Shown here piece by piece: positions 28,880 through 38,291 of a stretch of DNA of 64,000 nucleotides. The notes under the pieces were generated by a model. It did no database searches. It saw nothing but the letters and a program-made list of their open reading frames with translations, and was not told the DNA's origin. Made by a program: the position numbers and the translations under genes. The stretch comes from Planctomycetota bacterium. GTDB taxonomy: Bacteria; Planctomycetota; B15-G4; SIAN01. The stretch spans positions 64,001 to 128,000 of the forward strand of contig JANNXA010000034.1 of NCBI GenBank assembly GCA_031409275.1, given 5' to 3'. Every line of letters starts with the position of its first letter. Position 1 is the stretch's first letter.

Positions 28880-29066
28880 TTGCGGGAAAGTCCTGCCGTG
28901 TCCGGAGCAGCCTCCGGGGCGGCGAGGGGCGGGAACGAGCGGTGAGGATCGTCCCGCCTTGAGCGATTGGCGCCAGCCGCCGAAGAACCATGCACGAACC
29001 TGAGCCCGGTTGCCGCATGCGATCGGGGAACTTCGAGCGGCAGACGCGAACCCTGCCGTTCCGCAA
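28880..29066 (+). ncRNA. Candidate structured small RNA (~185 nt)
   Basis: Complementary ends and nested stems with G-U pairs on the + strand, followed by a + strand terminator although no convincing + strand gene lies upstream. Confidence 0.3.
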
Positions 29067-29072
29067 GCGAAG

Positions 29073-29114
29073 AGCGGCGCGACGCCGAACCCGTCGCGCC
29101 GCTGCTTTTGTTTT
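29073..29114 (+). terminator. Rho-independent terminator
   Basis: 12-bp stem AGCGGCGCGACG/CGTCGCGCCGCT followed by GCTTTTGTTTT. Confidence 0.7.
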
Positions 29115-29120
29115 CGGGTC

Positions 29121-30305
29121 CTACGTTGCCGCCATCGGGGCCGTTGGGCGCTTGCGGCCGAGCTGCTCGGCGAGCAGGTCGGCGATGAACGCGGCGTTGC
29201 GCCGCTGCTCATCGGCGTCGGGAGCGCCGCTCGGCCGCGCCACCGCCGGCTTCGCCAGCAGCTCGCGCAGGCCATCGGCGATCACCGCGATCGAGGGCGC
29301 TGCGGCGGCGGCCTCGGCGGACAGCCGGCGCACTCCGAAGCGCTCGGCGTGGTAGTCGACGTGGCGCGACTGCAGCGGGTGGCCCGCGATCGGCAGCGCC
29401 AGCGTCGGCAACCGCAATCCAGCGCACTCGGCCAGCAGCGAGAGCCCGCCGGTCACGACCGCCGCGTCGGCGATCGCGAGCCAGCGACAGAGTTCCGCCG
29501 GCGGTCCGGCGCGGCCATCGTCGAGCGCTAGTTCCGGCCCGGAGAAGTGGCGCACGACGAGGTCGCCGCGCTCCTTGGCGATGACATCGACCGCTGACAA
29601 CGCCGCTTCGAACTGCGGCGCTGCGTAGGCGCTGCCGGTGGCCACGACGACCAGCTTCTTCTTGCCGAGCCCGACTTCGTCGCGCAGCGTCGTGCACTCG
29701 CGAAGGTGCAGGCGTGCGAGGCCCGACACCGGGCCTGAGTAACGGAAATAGCGTCGCGACCAGACTCGTAGTTCGGGCTGCGCGAGGTAGCTCGGTTCGC
29801 CGAGGAAGAAGCGCAGCCGCGTGCTGGCGACGACGGCGCGGCGCACCATGCGGGTGGCGGCGGCGCGCGCGAGGCCGTTCTCCGCGGGCGCATCGCGGAA
29901 GTGGTCGGTCAGGAAGACGACGTCGAAGCCGCCGCGTCGCAGCACCGGCGGCGCCGCGAAGAGCGAGTCGACCACGACGAGCTCGGCGCGCAGCGCTTTC
30001 GCGGCGCGCAACGCCGCGTGCGCGTGCGCGGGCGCGAGGCGTCTCACTTCACGCTCGGCGGCGAGGGCCAGCGCGGTCGGCGTACGCTCGGCTGAGGCGA
30101 GTGCCGCCCGATCGGGCACCACCGCCGCCAGCGAGTCATCGACTGGGAAGTTGCACGCCGCGCGCAGCAGCGTCCCCGTCGCCGGGCCAGCCAGGAAATG
30201 GGGTGAAATCACCGGGAACAGCGAGTGGAGCTGCTCGGCAATGGCGAGGCTGCGCCACGCTTTGCCCGTGCCGAGCGGTTCGGTGACGAAGAGGACGTTC
30301 CTCAT
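29121..30305 (-). CDS. GT-B fold glycosyltransferase-like protein (GT28/GT1-like)
   Basis: 'GTGKAWRSLAIA', 'LVVVDSL', 'VVVATGS', 'TGGLSLLAEC...PTLALP...Q'. Confidence 0.7.
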   Translation of the reverse strand: MRNVLFVTEPLGTGKAWRSLAIAEQLHSLFPVISPHFLAGPATGTLLRAACNFPVDDSLAAVVPDRAALASAERTPTALALAAEREVRRLAPAHAHAALRAAKALRAELVVVDSLFAAPPVLRRGGFDVVFLTDHFRDAPAENGLARAAATRMVRRAVVASTRLRFFLGEPSYLAQPELRVWSRRYFRYSGPVSGLARLHLRECTTLRDEVGLGKKKLVVVATGSAYAAPQFEAALSAVDVIAKERGDLVVRHFSGPELALDDGRAGPPAELCRWLAIADAAVVTGGLSLLAECAGLRLPTLALPIAGHPLQSRHVDYHAERFGVRRLSAEAAAAAPSIAVIADGLRELLAKPAVARPSGAPDADEQRRNAAFIADLLAEQLGRKRPTAPMAAT

Positions 30306-30324
30306 CGTGCGCGCTGCCGGCCGT

Positions 30325-30825
30325 TCACGACGCCGTGGCTTCCGCGTCGTCGCGCACGTTTGCGGCGCGCGCGTCGAGGTGCATCGCGTCGGTGATTCCG
30401 GCGACCACGCCGACGAAGAAGCCGGAGATCCAGACCACCCCGGCGCTCTCCATCGCATGCGGATCGGCCGAAGCGGCGGTGAGCGCCGCCAGGATCGACG
30501 ACGGGAAGGAGCCGCAGACCGCGCCGATCAGCAGGCGACGCAAGAAGCGCAACCAGGTGCTCGGCGAACGTTCCGGGAAGAGGCGCAGCAACCACAGCGT
30601 GGGCGCCGTCAGCAGCGCGACGAGCGGCGCCACCAGGAACGCGCCACCCGGCGTCGTGCCGTCGCGCTTCGCCCCCTCGTTCAGCGCCCACATCACGCCG
30701 AGCGCGACGAAGCAGAAGGTCGCGAACAACCACGCGCGCAGGTAGAGGTGCCACGTCGCGCGCCGAGCGGCGACGCGGTGCGGACGCGCAGGGTCTTTCG
30801 CAGGAGTGTCGGCTGGCTCGTTCAC
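30325..30825 (-). CDS. Hypothetical 4-TM membrane protein
   Basis: Hydrophobic segments; GTG start overlaps the upstream stop. Confidence 0.7.
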   Translation of the reverse strand: MNEPADTPAKDPARPHRVAARRATWHLYLRAWLFATFCFVALGVMWALNEGAKRDGTTPGGAFLVAPLVALLTAPTLWLLRLFPERSPSTWLRFLRRLLIGAVCGSFPSSILAALTAASADPHAMESAGVVWISGFFVGVVAGITDAMHLDARAANVRDDAEATAS

Positions 30826-31343
30826 CGGGCGTCGGAGCTTAGCGGCGCGAGCCAGTGCCGCAGCCCGTCGCCGAACTCCTGCCACGGTTCGAGTGCGCGA
30901 TCGACCGGACCGCCTTTCGCGAGCGGTCGCTCGAGACCCAGTCGCGGCATCGGCGGCAGCCAGCGCTCGATGCGAGCCCCGAGCTCGAGCGCTTCGTTCG
31001 CCAGGCTCGCGACCACCGCGTCGCCACTGGCGGGACGGTGCGGAGCGAATCGGGGAACCAGCGGCGCCAGCAGCGCGATCAGCAACACGAAGCCGGCCGC
31101 TTGCGCGAGCAGCAGGAAGCGCTGGCGGTGCGGGCCGGCGAGGAGCGTCGGTGCGGGCGACGGTTCTTCAGCGTCGCTGCGGACGGGGCCGTGGCGTCGC
31201 TCGCGCGCCAACGCCCGCTTCAGCAGCATGCGCGCCGCTGCGACCTCGGTCGGGGCGGGGCCGCGATCGCGAGCGAAGAGCGCGGCGAGGCGCGGATCGA
31301 GGTCGCCCTCGTCGCCGTCCGGCGGAAGCACTTCGCGATTCAT
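30822..31343 (-). CDS. Single-TM protein, probable anti-sigma factor
   Basis: ATGA overlap with the ECF sigma stop; one central TM helix. Confidence 0.6.
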   Translation of the reverse strand: MNREVLPPDGDEGDLDPRLAALFARDRGPAPTEVAAARMLLKRALARERRHGPVRSDAEEPSPAPTLLAGPHRQRFLLLAQAAGFVLLIALLAPLVPRFAPHRPASGDAVVASLANEALELGARIERWLPPMPRLGLERPLAKGGPVDRALEPWQEFGDGLRHWLAPLSSDAR

Positions 31344-31927
31344 GGCATCTCCCCCGGACCGTCGCCCGTCGTGTCGAGCAGCTCCTGGCGCAGCCGCTTC
31401 ATCCCCTGGTAGTGGTTGGCGCGCGCGGCGTCCTCGCGGATCGAGAGGAGCTGCGCGATCTCGGCGAACGAGAGGCCCTGATCATGGCGCAACACCACCA
31501 CTTCGCGCTGCCTCGGCGGCAGCTTGGCGAGGGCGCGGCGCAGCGCGGCGACGTCGTCGGCGAGCTCGAGCGGATCGCCCGCGTCGGCGGCGGCGAAGAG
31601 TTCCGGCTCCAGGGCCGCGGTCGGCGCGCGCCGTGCCTGCTGGCGCCGCCGCCCGCGGCGGACCGTGATCTGCAGGAGCCAGCCGCGGAACGCCTCTGGA
31701 ACCCGAAGCTGGTGGAGCATCCGGTAGCACTGCAGGAAGACGTCCTGGAACAGGTCGGCAGCGTCGCTGGCGCCCACCAGGCGCTGGCAGAGGTGGAGCA
31801 CGGTTCGCTGGTGGCGATCGACGAGCCTTTCGAAGGCCTCCTCGTCGCCCGCCAGGAACGCGCGCACCTCGTCCGCATCGGTCGCGGAATCAGGAGGCTT
31901 GGCCGGGACGGTCATCGCGTGGATCAT
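31340..31927 (-). CDS. ECF RNA polymerase sigma-70 factor
   Basis: 'GDEEAFERLV', 'DLFQDVF', 'FRGWL', region 4 'LPPRQREVVVLR...SFAEIA'. Confidence 0.9.
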   Translation of the reverse strand: MIHAMTVPAKPPDSATDADEVRAFLAGDEEAFERLVDRHQRTVLHLCQRLVGASDAADLFQDVFLQCYRMLHQLRVPEAFRGWLLQITVRRGRRRQQARRAPTAALEPELFAAADAGDPLELADDVAALRRALAKLPPRQREVVVLRHDQGLSFAEIAQLLSIREDAARANHYQGMKRLRQELLDTTGDGPGEMP

Positions 31928-32019
31928 TCCTCGCCCTGGGAGTCGCGCCAGGGCGCGGTCGTGAAATCGCCGGGCGGCGATGGGAAAGGAGGGCGCAACT
32001 GGACGGCCTACCCGAGGGA

Positions 32020-32955
32020 GTGGTGCTGCGGATCGATCGCAAGCAGATCCATGTCGAGATTGGCGATCGAGTGGTCCCTTGCAGCCTGCGCGGGCGCCTT
32101 TTCGAGGGGCAGGACGACGACCCGGAAAGCCGGCCGGTCGCGGTGGGCGACCGCGTGCGCGTCGTGGTCGACGGCGAGCAAGGGAGCATCGAGGAGGTCC
32201 TGCCGCGGCGCACGCGCATCGCGCGTCCGCGGCCGCGCGACCCCTCCGGCTGGCAGGTGATCGCCGCCAACGTCGACCTGCTGGTGATCGTCGCCGCCGT
32301 GAAGCAGCCGGCCACCAAGCCGGGGCTGATCGATCGCATGCTGGTCACCAGCGAGCGCGAGGGGATCGAGCCGCTGGTCGTGTTGAACAAGGGCGATCTG
32401 ATCGATGCGGCCGCCAGCGCGGCGATGGCGGCGCCGTACCGCGAGCTTGGCTACCAGGTCCTGGTCACCAGCGTGCCGGACGGACGCGGCCTCACGGAAC
32501 TGCGCACGGCGATGACGGGGCGCGTCGCGATGCTGCTCGGCCACTCCGGCGTCGGCAAGTCCTCGCTGATGGCGGCGCTCGATCCCGGGATCATCGCGCG
32601 CATCGGAGCGCTGGTGGCGGCCGGCACCAAGATGGCCCGCGGCGCGCACACGACCACGTCGGCGTCGCTGCATCGCCTCGCCTTCGGCGGCTACCTCGTC
32701 GACACCCCTGGCGTGCGCGAGTTCGGCCTGCCGCCGATGGAGCCTTGGGACCTTGCCCATTGGTTTCGCGAGATGAAGCCGCTGATCTCGAAGTGCAAGT
32801 ACGCCACCTGCATCCACGATCACGAGCCGGACTGCGCGGTGAAGGCGGCGGCGCAGGCCGGGACGATCCGGCCCGAGCGGATGCAGACGTATCGCAAGCT
32901 GCTCGACGAACTGCGCGGCGGCGGCGAGCGCATGCAGCGTCACGACTCCTACTGA
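32020..32955 (+). CDS. rsgA: Ribosome small subunit-dependent GTPase A
   Basis: AANVD, NKGDL, GHSGVGKSSL, HTTT, DTPG and zinc finger CKYATCIHDHEPDC. Confidence 0.95.
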   Translation: MVLRIDRKQIHVEIGDRVVPCSLRGRLFEGQDDDPESRPVAVGDRVRVVVDGEQGSIEEVLPRRTRIARPRPRDPSGWQVIAANVDLLVIVAAVKQPATKPGLIDRMLVTSEREGIEPLVVLNKGDLIDAAASAAMAAPYRELGYQVLVTSVPDGRGLTELRTAMTGRVAMLLGHSGVGKSSLMAALDPGIIARIGALVAAGTKMARGAHTTTSASLHRLAFGGYLVDTPGVREFGLPPMEPWDLAHWFREMKPLISKCKYATCIHDHEPDCAVKAAAQAGTIRPERMQTYRKLLDELRGGGERMQRHDSY

Positions 32956-34739
32956 GGCGATCGAGCGCGAGCCTTCTCCGCCTGCAGCACCTCGAACGCC
33001 TTCTTCGCGATGAGCGCGTAGCCGTCGGCGTTGGGGTGGCCGAGATCGGCGCTGAAGTAGCGTTTGCGGTCGTCTGCCTCGAGTTCGGAGCGTGAATGGT
33101 CGGCGTGGACGTCGGCGAGCGGCCAGCCTCGATCGGTCGCCAGCGCGCGCAGTGTTTCGTTGAAGACCGGCTCGTCCTCGGCGAAGTAGGTCAGTACGAC
33201 GACTTCGAAGCCGTGCTCTCTTGCGAGCGTCGCCAGTCGCTCATGCTGCACGGCTGCCAGGCGTGCGAACTCGTCGTCCTTTGCATTCCGGAAGAAGAAG
33301 CGGCGGATGCCCCACCATCCACAGCGACACGGCTCGAGCGCGAGGTTGGCCGCGATCTCTTCGAACGTCGCGCGCGGTCGCTCGAACAGCCAGCGCAGCG
33401 GTGCCGTGCAAGGCGCCTCGAAGCGCTCATGGGCGCGTCGTCTGCCGGCGGCGTGCGCCGGCGAATCGAGCCCCTGGCGCGCACCGTCGACGATCTCCGC
33501 GACCGCCATCCATTCGCGGCCGATGGGGAGGTCGCGTGACCAGTACACCATTTCCCATTTGCCGGGATCGCTGGTGAGGAGGGGGTTGGCCGCCACGGCG
33601 CCGTCCGCGCTGCGCGTGGTCCCAAGCGCGAGGCTGCGGGCGAGCGCGGTTCCGCCGAGCGCGTAGGGCCAGCCGACGCGCGGCGAGATCGACTCGCTTT
33701 GCATCGTGGCTTCGGCGAGACGCGTCGCGGCCGCTTCCCAATCGCGGCGCAGCATCGCGGCGAATCCCTGATGGAGCCGCAGGTAGGCGTTGCCCCACGG
33801 ATCGTGCTCGTGGAGTGGCTGCTGCTCGAAGCGCGCGATCACGTCGGGGTCGCGGGCGCCCGACCATTCCGCGAGGAAGGTCGAGACATGAAGGAAAGCA
33901 TCGGACTCGAGCGCTCGCTCGATGGGGCGCGGGGCGGGGCCCCAGTGGCCGCTTTCGATTCCTTCGAGCTCCCAGGCGTAGGTCGCGATCGACTGGCGCA
34001 GGATGCGCTGGATCTCGTCGAAGCGCGGCGACTCGATCAAGTCGGTCGCTGCCTCGCGCATCAGCTTCGGCTCTTCGACGTTCCAGAAGAACTCGAGCCA
34101 GCTGCTGATGCTGCTGATGCCAGAGGACCTGCTGCTTCGATAGGCCGATTCCCATTCAACGGAAGGAACCGCACACGGATTGGGCACGTCGCGGAGGGCC
34201 GCTCCACCGAACTCGGCGCGCTGGAGGTCACCGCGCAGAGTGCGCCAGAGCGTGCGGCCGATTCGCCAGGTGCGCAGGTGCGAGAGCAGGTCGTTGATCG
34301 AGTCGAGCCTGTGCGCGGTCGGGTCGGCTCGAGGCAAGTCGAGCAGCTCCGGAGTCTGGGTGCGATCGTTATTGCCGGCGAGGAAGAGCACGCAGGAGGG
34401 CGTCGACTCGGCCAGCAGGCGATCGAGCGCATCGAGGGCCATTCGGGTGGTGAAGCCCGCGACACCGACGTTCACCACACGGCGCTCGTCGCCGGCGGCG
34501 TGCAGCAGCTCCTTCAGCTGAGCCGGGTAGGAGTGTCCTTCGTCGGCGCCGATGCCGAAGGTGTTCGAGTCGCCGACGCAGACGATCGATCCGTCATCCA
34601 TGTCGCTCGAAGAGTGGCGACTGCTCTGCACGTGCTCGACCAACTCGCTGCCGAGCGCCAGCGTCAGTTCGCAGGCAGCGAGCGCGAACAGGAGTCGCAG
34701 GCTCCATTTCGTCGCGGGGTGGCGGAATCGCTGGACCAA
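32949..34739 (-). CDS. SGNH/GDSL hydrolase with large helical insertion
   Basis: GDSNT, GVAGFT, GNND and C-terminal DLGHP motifs; N-terminal anchor. Confidence 0.8.
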   Translation of the reverse strand: MVQRFRHPATKWSLRLLFALAACELTLALGSELVEHVQSSRHSSSDMDDGSIVCVGDSNTFGIGADEGHSYPAQLKELLHAAGDERRVVNVGVAGFTTRMALDALDRLLAESTPSCVLFLAGNNDRTQTPELLDLPRADPTAHRLDSINDLLSHLRTWRIGRTLWRTLRGDLQRAEFGGAALRDVPNPCAVPSVEWESAYRSSRSSGISSISSWLEFFWNVEEPKLMREAATDLIESPRFDEIQRILRQSIATYAWELEGIESGHWGPAPRPIERALESDAFLHVSTFLAEWSGARDPDVIARFEQQPLHEHDPWGNAYLRLHQGFAAMLRRDWEAAATRLAEATMQSESISPRVGWPYALGGTALARSLALGTTRSADGAVAANPLLTSDPGKWEMVYWSRDLPIGREWMAVAEIVDGARQGLDSPAHAAGRRRAHERFEAPCTAPLRWLFERPRATFEEIAANLALEPCRCGWWGIRRFFFRNAKDDEFARLAAVQHERLATLAREHGFEVVVLTYFAEDEPVFNETLRALATDRGWPLADVHADHSRSELEADDRKRYFSADLGHPNADGYALIAKKAFEVLQAEKARARSPQ

Positions 34740-34848
34740 GACGCGGGCCTCTGCCGGAGCCTGGGCGAAACCCCCGTCGAGTCGGCGCGTGGCAGCGCGT
34801 CCGGTGGGTCGTTATCGCACCGGCTCGACGGGATTCAAGTCCTGCGGT

Positions 34849-36348
34849 TCAGCGCGTCCCGAACAGTTTCGCGTAGCGATAGAAGACTTCGAGGCACAGC
34901 ACGTTCATCGCGGTCGAGTAGATGCGTCCGCCCTGCGTTCCCCACGGGTCGACCTGTGGATCCCAAGATCCCGTCTCATCCCCTTCCCGCCGCTGATGCG
35001 ATACGACGGTGTCGGCGAGCCCCTGCTCCCAGCGGTTCCACGACTCGCCGCCGACCTGCCACATCGCATAGGTGCCGTAGTACCAGTAGTAGAAGTCGAT
35101 CGATCCCTTGTCTTCGTCCCAGCGCGGGCGCTGCGCAAGCAGCAGGTCGACCCGTCGCTTCTGCGCGGCGCTGGCCGGATCGACGCCGTCGAAGGAGTCG
35201 AGCAGCAGCGAGCAGGCGGTCATCGCCTCGCCCTGGTCGTTGGGCCAACGATCGGCCGCGCCGACCTCGCGCGCCGAGAAGCTGCCCTTCTCGTGGTAGC
35301 CGGTGCGGCCGGTCACCGGATCGGTCATCGAGCGCACCCAGGCCAATCCGTCGCGCAGGGCGTTGTCGTCGATGACGAGTCCAGCTTCACGACCCGCCGA
35401 AAGCGCGAAGAGCATCCAGCCGCTGACCGACACGTCGTTGTCACCGTCCGGCGGCACGGCGTAGCGCCACGCCGCGTACGGGTTGCGGCAGCGGCTGATG
35501 AAGTCGAGCGCCTGCTGCGCCGGGGCCTTCAGCAGCGGCTGCTTCGAGGAGTGCCACGCCTCGACCAGCGCCAGGGTTCCGATCGCGTGTCCGTAGAGGA
35601 AGTGCTGGCCCGACTTCGTTCCGAGGCAGCCGTCATCGGTGTCCTGCACCGAGGTGAGCCAGCGAATGCCGTTGCGGATCACTTCGCGGTCGCGGCCGCG
35701 TTCGGGCGTGTCGCCGAGCCCGAGGAAGGCCAGCAGCGCGAGTCCGGTGCAGCCGACGTCGTTCAAAGCGGAACCCTTGCCGTCGCAGAGGTTGCTGGCG
35801 CAGCGTGACTGGAAGCCGTCGCTGTCCCAGAAGCCGACCGGATCCTGGTGGCGGCGCAGCCAGAGGAGCCCCGCGTCGATCGGAACCTGGACCGCCGTGC
35901 AGCCGATGCGGGCGACGCGTGGCCCGTGGCCGCCGCCGTTGGGTCCACCGGCGCCGCCGCCGAGGCCGATCACGTCGTTTTGGCCGTGGCCAGTGAACGG
36001 AGCATTCACGGGAGAGAGTGTGTCACTCGGATCGACCGAGTCCTGCGGGACGAGCGACTCGATCGTCGCCACCGTCGGATCGTCGATCACCTGTTCGCGC
36101 AGCTCCACCAGCTGCGGCACCGGTGGGGGAGGCAACGTCTCGGGTACGAGGATCTCCACGTCCTCCGGTGGCGGACCGCAGACGATTCCGATCGGCGTTT
36201 CGACGATCGGGACGCGGTAGTCGAATTGCATCAACACGACGATCGCGAGCGCGTGCAGAGCGGCCGACAACCCGATCCATGGCGCGCGACGTAGCGACTC
36301 GCGCAGTTCTTCCTCGAACGATGCTCCCGATTCGGCGGTGGTCGACAT
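34849..36348 (-). CDS. Prenyltransferase/squalene-cyclase-like (alpha/alpha) repeat protein, paralog 2
   Basis: TM helix, Pro-rich linker, QW-like repeats 'WLRRHQDPVGFW', 'TGLALLAFLG', 'YYWYYGT', 'GGRIYSTA'. Confidence 0.85.
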   Translation of the reverse strand: MSTTAESGASFEEELRESLRRAPWIGLSAALHALAIVVLMQFDYRVPIVETPIGIVCGPPPEDVEILVPETLPPPPVPQLVELREQVIDDPTVATIESLVPQDSVDPSDTLSPVNAPFTGHGQNDVIGLGGGAGGPNGGGHGPRVARIGCTAVQVPIDAGLLWLRRHQDPVGFWDSDGFQSRCASNLCDGKGSALNDVGCTGLALLAFLGLGDTPERGRDREVIRNGIRWLTSVQDTDDGCLGTKSGQHFLYGHAIGTLALVEAWHSSKQPLLKAPAQQALDFISRCRNPYAAWRYAVPPDGDNDVSVSGWMLFALSAGREAGLVIDDNALRDGLAWVRSMTDPVTGRTGYHEKGSFSAREVGAADRWPNDQGEAMTACSLLLDSFDGVDPASAAQKRRVDLLLAQRPRWDEDKGSIDFYYWYYGTYAMWQVGGESWNRWEQGLADTVVSHQRREGDETGSWDPQVDPWGTQGGRIYSTAMNVLCLEVFYRYAKLFGTR

Positions 36349-36483
36349 CACACTTCTCCTCGTGGTGATTGCGTCGCGCTCGACGCGCGATCCCATCCAC
36401 GAAGTGTCAACGCAACACCACACCCCCGGTTCTCATGCCGTCGATCCTCTCGACCACGTCAGAGGTCGCGCACCCTTCCCCTG

Positions 36484-36520
36484 AAAACAGCGAAGGCGGC
36501 GAGTTTCCTCGCCGCCTTCG
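36484..36520 (-). terminator. Rho-independent terminator
   Basis: 13-bp stem CGAAGGCGGCGAG/CTCGCCGCCTTCG with GAAA loop, then CTGTTTT on the minus strand. Confidence 0.8.
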
Positions 36521-36581
36521 ATCTTCGTCATCACGTTTCAGTTCTTGCCGCCCGCCCGCATCCTGCCGATCGCCAGTTACG

Positions 36582-36686
36582 GAGCTGAGCGGGGCGAGGA
36601 GGCCCGAGCGCGAGGAGGGCGGGGTGAAGTCTGGCCCAGATGGGCCAACGAACCCCGCCCGACGAAGCGATCGGGCCCCGCAGCTC
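36582..36686. repeat. Nested palindromic (REP/MITE-like) element
   Basis: Nested inverted repeats GGCCCGA/TCGGGCC, GGGCGGGGT/ACCCCGCCC and TGGCCCA/TGGGCCA with outer GAGCT/AGCTC. Confidence 0.65.
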
Positions 36687-36688
36687 GC

Positions 36689-38251
36689 TCAGCGCGAGCC
36701 CATGATCTTGTCGTAGCGGTAGTACACCTCGAGGCACAGCGTGTTGATGGCCGTCGAATAGACGCGGCCGCCGTTGTCACCCCACGGATCGACTTGCGGA
36801 TCCCACGAACCGGTCTCGTCACCGCTGGTGCGCTGGTGGCTGACGACCGTCGTCTCCATCGAGCGCGACCAGTTGTCCCAGCTCTTGCCGCCGATCTGGA
36901 ACATCGCGTAGGAGCCGTAATACCAGTAGTAGTAATCGATCGACCCGGCCGCCTCGTCCCACTTCGGCAGCTTGGCCATGATCAGGTTGTTGGCGCCCTT
37001 CACCGCGGGCGAGTCGGGCTCCTCGTGGTTGAAGACGCGCAGCATCGTCGCGACCGCCGACATCGACTCGGCCTGGTCGGCCGGCCACTTGTCCATGTCG
37101 TCCGGTTCGCGTGCCGAGAGGCTGCCCTTTTCGTGGTAGCCGGTGCGGAAGTTCGACGGATCGGTCATCTCCTCGATGTACGCCATCCCGTCCTTGATCG
37201 CCGCGTCGTCCGACTGGAGACCGGCATCCTTGGCGGCGAACAGCGCGAAGAGCATCCAGCCCGAGACCGAGACGTCGTTGTCGCCGTCCGGCGGGTAGGC
37301 GTAGCGCCACGCCTTGTAGGGGTTGCGCGAGCGACCGATGAAGTTCAGCGCGTTCTGCGCCGGCTGCTTCAGGATCGGCTGCCGCGAGAGGTAGTAGCCC
37401 TCGATCATCGCCAGCGTCGCCAGCGCGTGACCGTACATGAAGTGCTGGCCCGACTTGGCGCCGACGCAGCCGTCATCCGGATCCTGCACCGACTGCAGGT
37501 ACTTGAGCCCCGCCTGAACGACCTTCTTGTAGCGGCCGGTCGTCATCGTGTTGCCGGCACCGAGGAAGGCGAGCAGCGACAGGCCGGTGCAACCGACGTC
37601 GTTCAGCGCCTGTCCCTTGCCGTCGCACTGGTTCGTCTTGCACTGCGCCTGGAAGCCGTCGCAGTCCCAGTACCCTTCCGGATTCTGGTGATTCTTCAGC
37701 CATTCGAGACCGAGCTCGACGGCCTTCTGCGACGCGCGACCGCCACCCTTCGCACCGCCGCGTCGGCCGTACTTGCCGCCACCGAAGCCACCGGCGCCAC
37801 CGCCGACGCCGATGACGTCGTTGGTGCCGCGGCCTTCGAACGGCGCATCGACCGGTGAACGGGAATCGGACTCGACCTCGGAGACGTTCTCGACTTCTGC
37901 GTTGTCGTCAGAGACGACCGGGTCATCGGTCTGCTCTTCGATCTCTTCCTTGGGCTGCTCTGGCGGCGGCGGGATCTCTTCCGGCTCCATGACTTCGGTG
38001 TCTTCGGGCTGGAGCGACGCCTGAATCGCCTGCTCCGGCGCCGGCAGCGGCGTCGAGAAGTCGAACTGCATCAAGATCCAGATCGCGAGCAGATGGATCG
38101 CCAGCGAGATGCCGATCCACGGTGCGCCCTTCATGGCGCCGCGCATCTGGTCTTCGAAGGTCTCCTCGAAGGCGTTCATGTGCTGCTGCTGGAAGACCAG
38201 GTTCTCTGGCGGAGGCGGCAAACGGGCCGGCTCTTCGGGCGTCGACGACAT
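36689..38251 (-). CDS. Prenyltransferase/squalene-cyclase-like (alpha/alpha) repeat protein, paralog 1
   Basis: Same architecture and motifs as 34849..36348; GAGG RBS. Confidence 0.9.
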   Translation of the reverse strand: MSSTPEEPARLPPPPENLVFQQQHMNAFEETFEDQMRGAMKGAPWIGISLAIHLLAIWILMQFDFSTPLPAPEQAIQASLQPEDTEVMEPEEIPPPPEQPKEEIEEQTDDPVVSDDNAEVENVSEVESDSRSPVDAPFEGRGTNDVIGVGGGAGGFGGGKYGRRGGAKGGGRASQKAVELGLEWLKNHQNPEGYWDCDGFQAQCKTNQCDGKGQALNDVGCTGLSLLAFLGAGNTMTTGRYKKVVQAGLKYLQSVQDPDDGCVGAKSGQHFMYGHALATLAMIEGYYLSRQPILKQPAQNALNFIGRSRNPYKAWRYAYPPDGDNDVSVSGWMLFALFAAKDAGLQSDDAAIKDGMAYIEEMTDPSNFRTGYHEKGSLSAREPDDMDKWPADQAESMSAVATMLRVFNHEEPDSPAVKGANNLIMAKLPKWDEAAGSIDYYYWYYGSYAMFQIGGKSWDNWSRSMETTVVSHQRTSGDETGSWDPQVDPWGDNGGRVYSTAINTLCLEVYYRYDKIMGSR

Positions 38252-38276
38252 GGATTTCCTCTCCGGGAGCCCCCGA

Positions 38277-38291
38277 GCAATGAAAGTGCCC
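38277..38291 (-). promoter_or_regulatory. Candidate sigma54 promoter
   Basis: Minus strand GGGCAC-TTTCA-TTGC, 25 nt upstream of the ATG at 38251. Confidence 0.5.

Noticed and set aside
28883..28912. RNase P or SRP-like words (GGAAAGTCC; GTCCGGAGCAGC)
   Set aside because: The other universally conserved segments are absent and the region is too short for RNase P RNA.
29038..29066. tRNA-like 3' end (GCAGACGCGAACCCTGCCGTTCCG)
   Set aside because: No TTCGA T-loop, no CCA, and no cloverleaf; not a tRNA or tmRNA.
34849..38251. Hopanoid biosynthesis (shc) cluster
   Set aside because: Single-barrel proteins with a TM anchor, no DXDD motif, and no hpn genes nearby.
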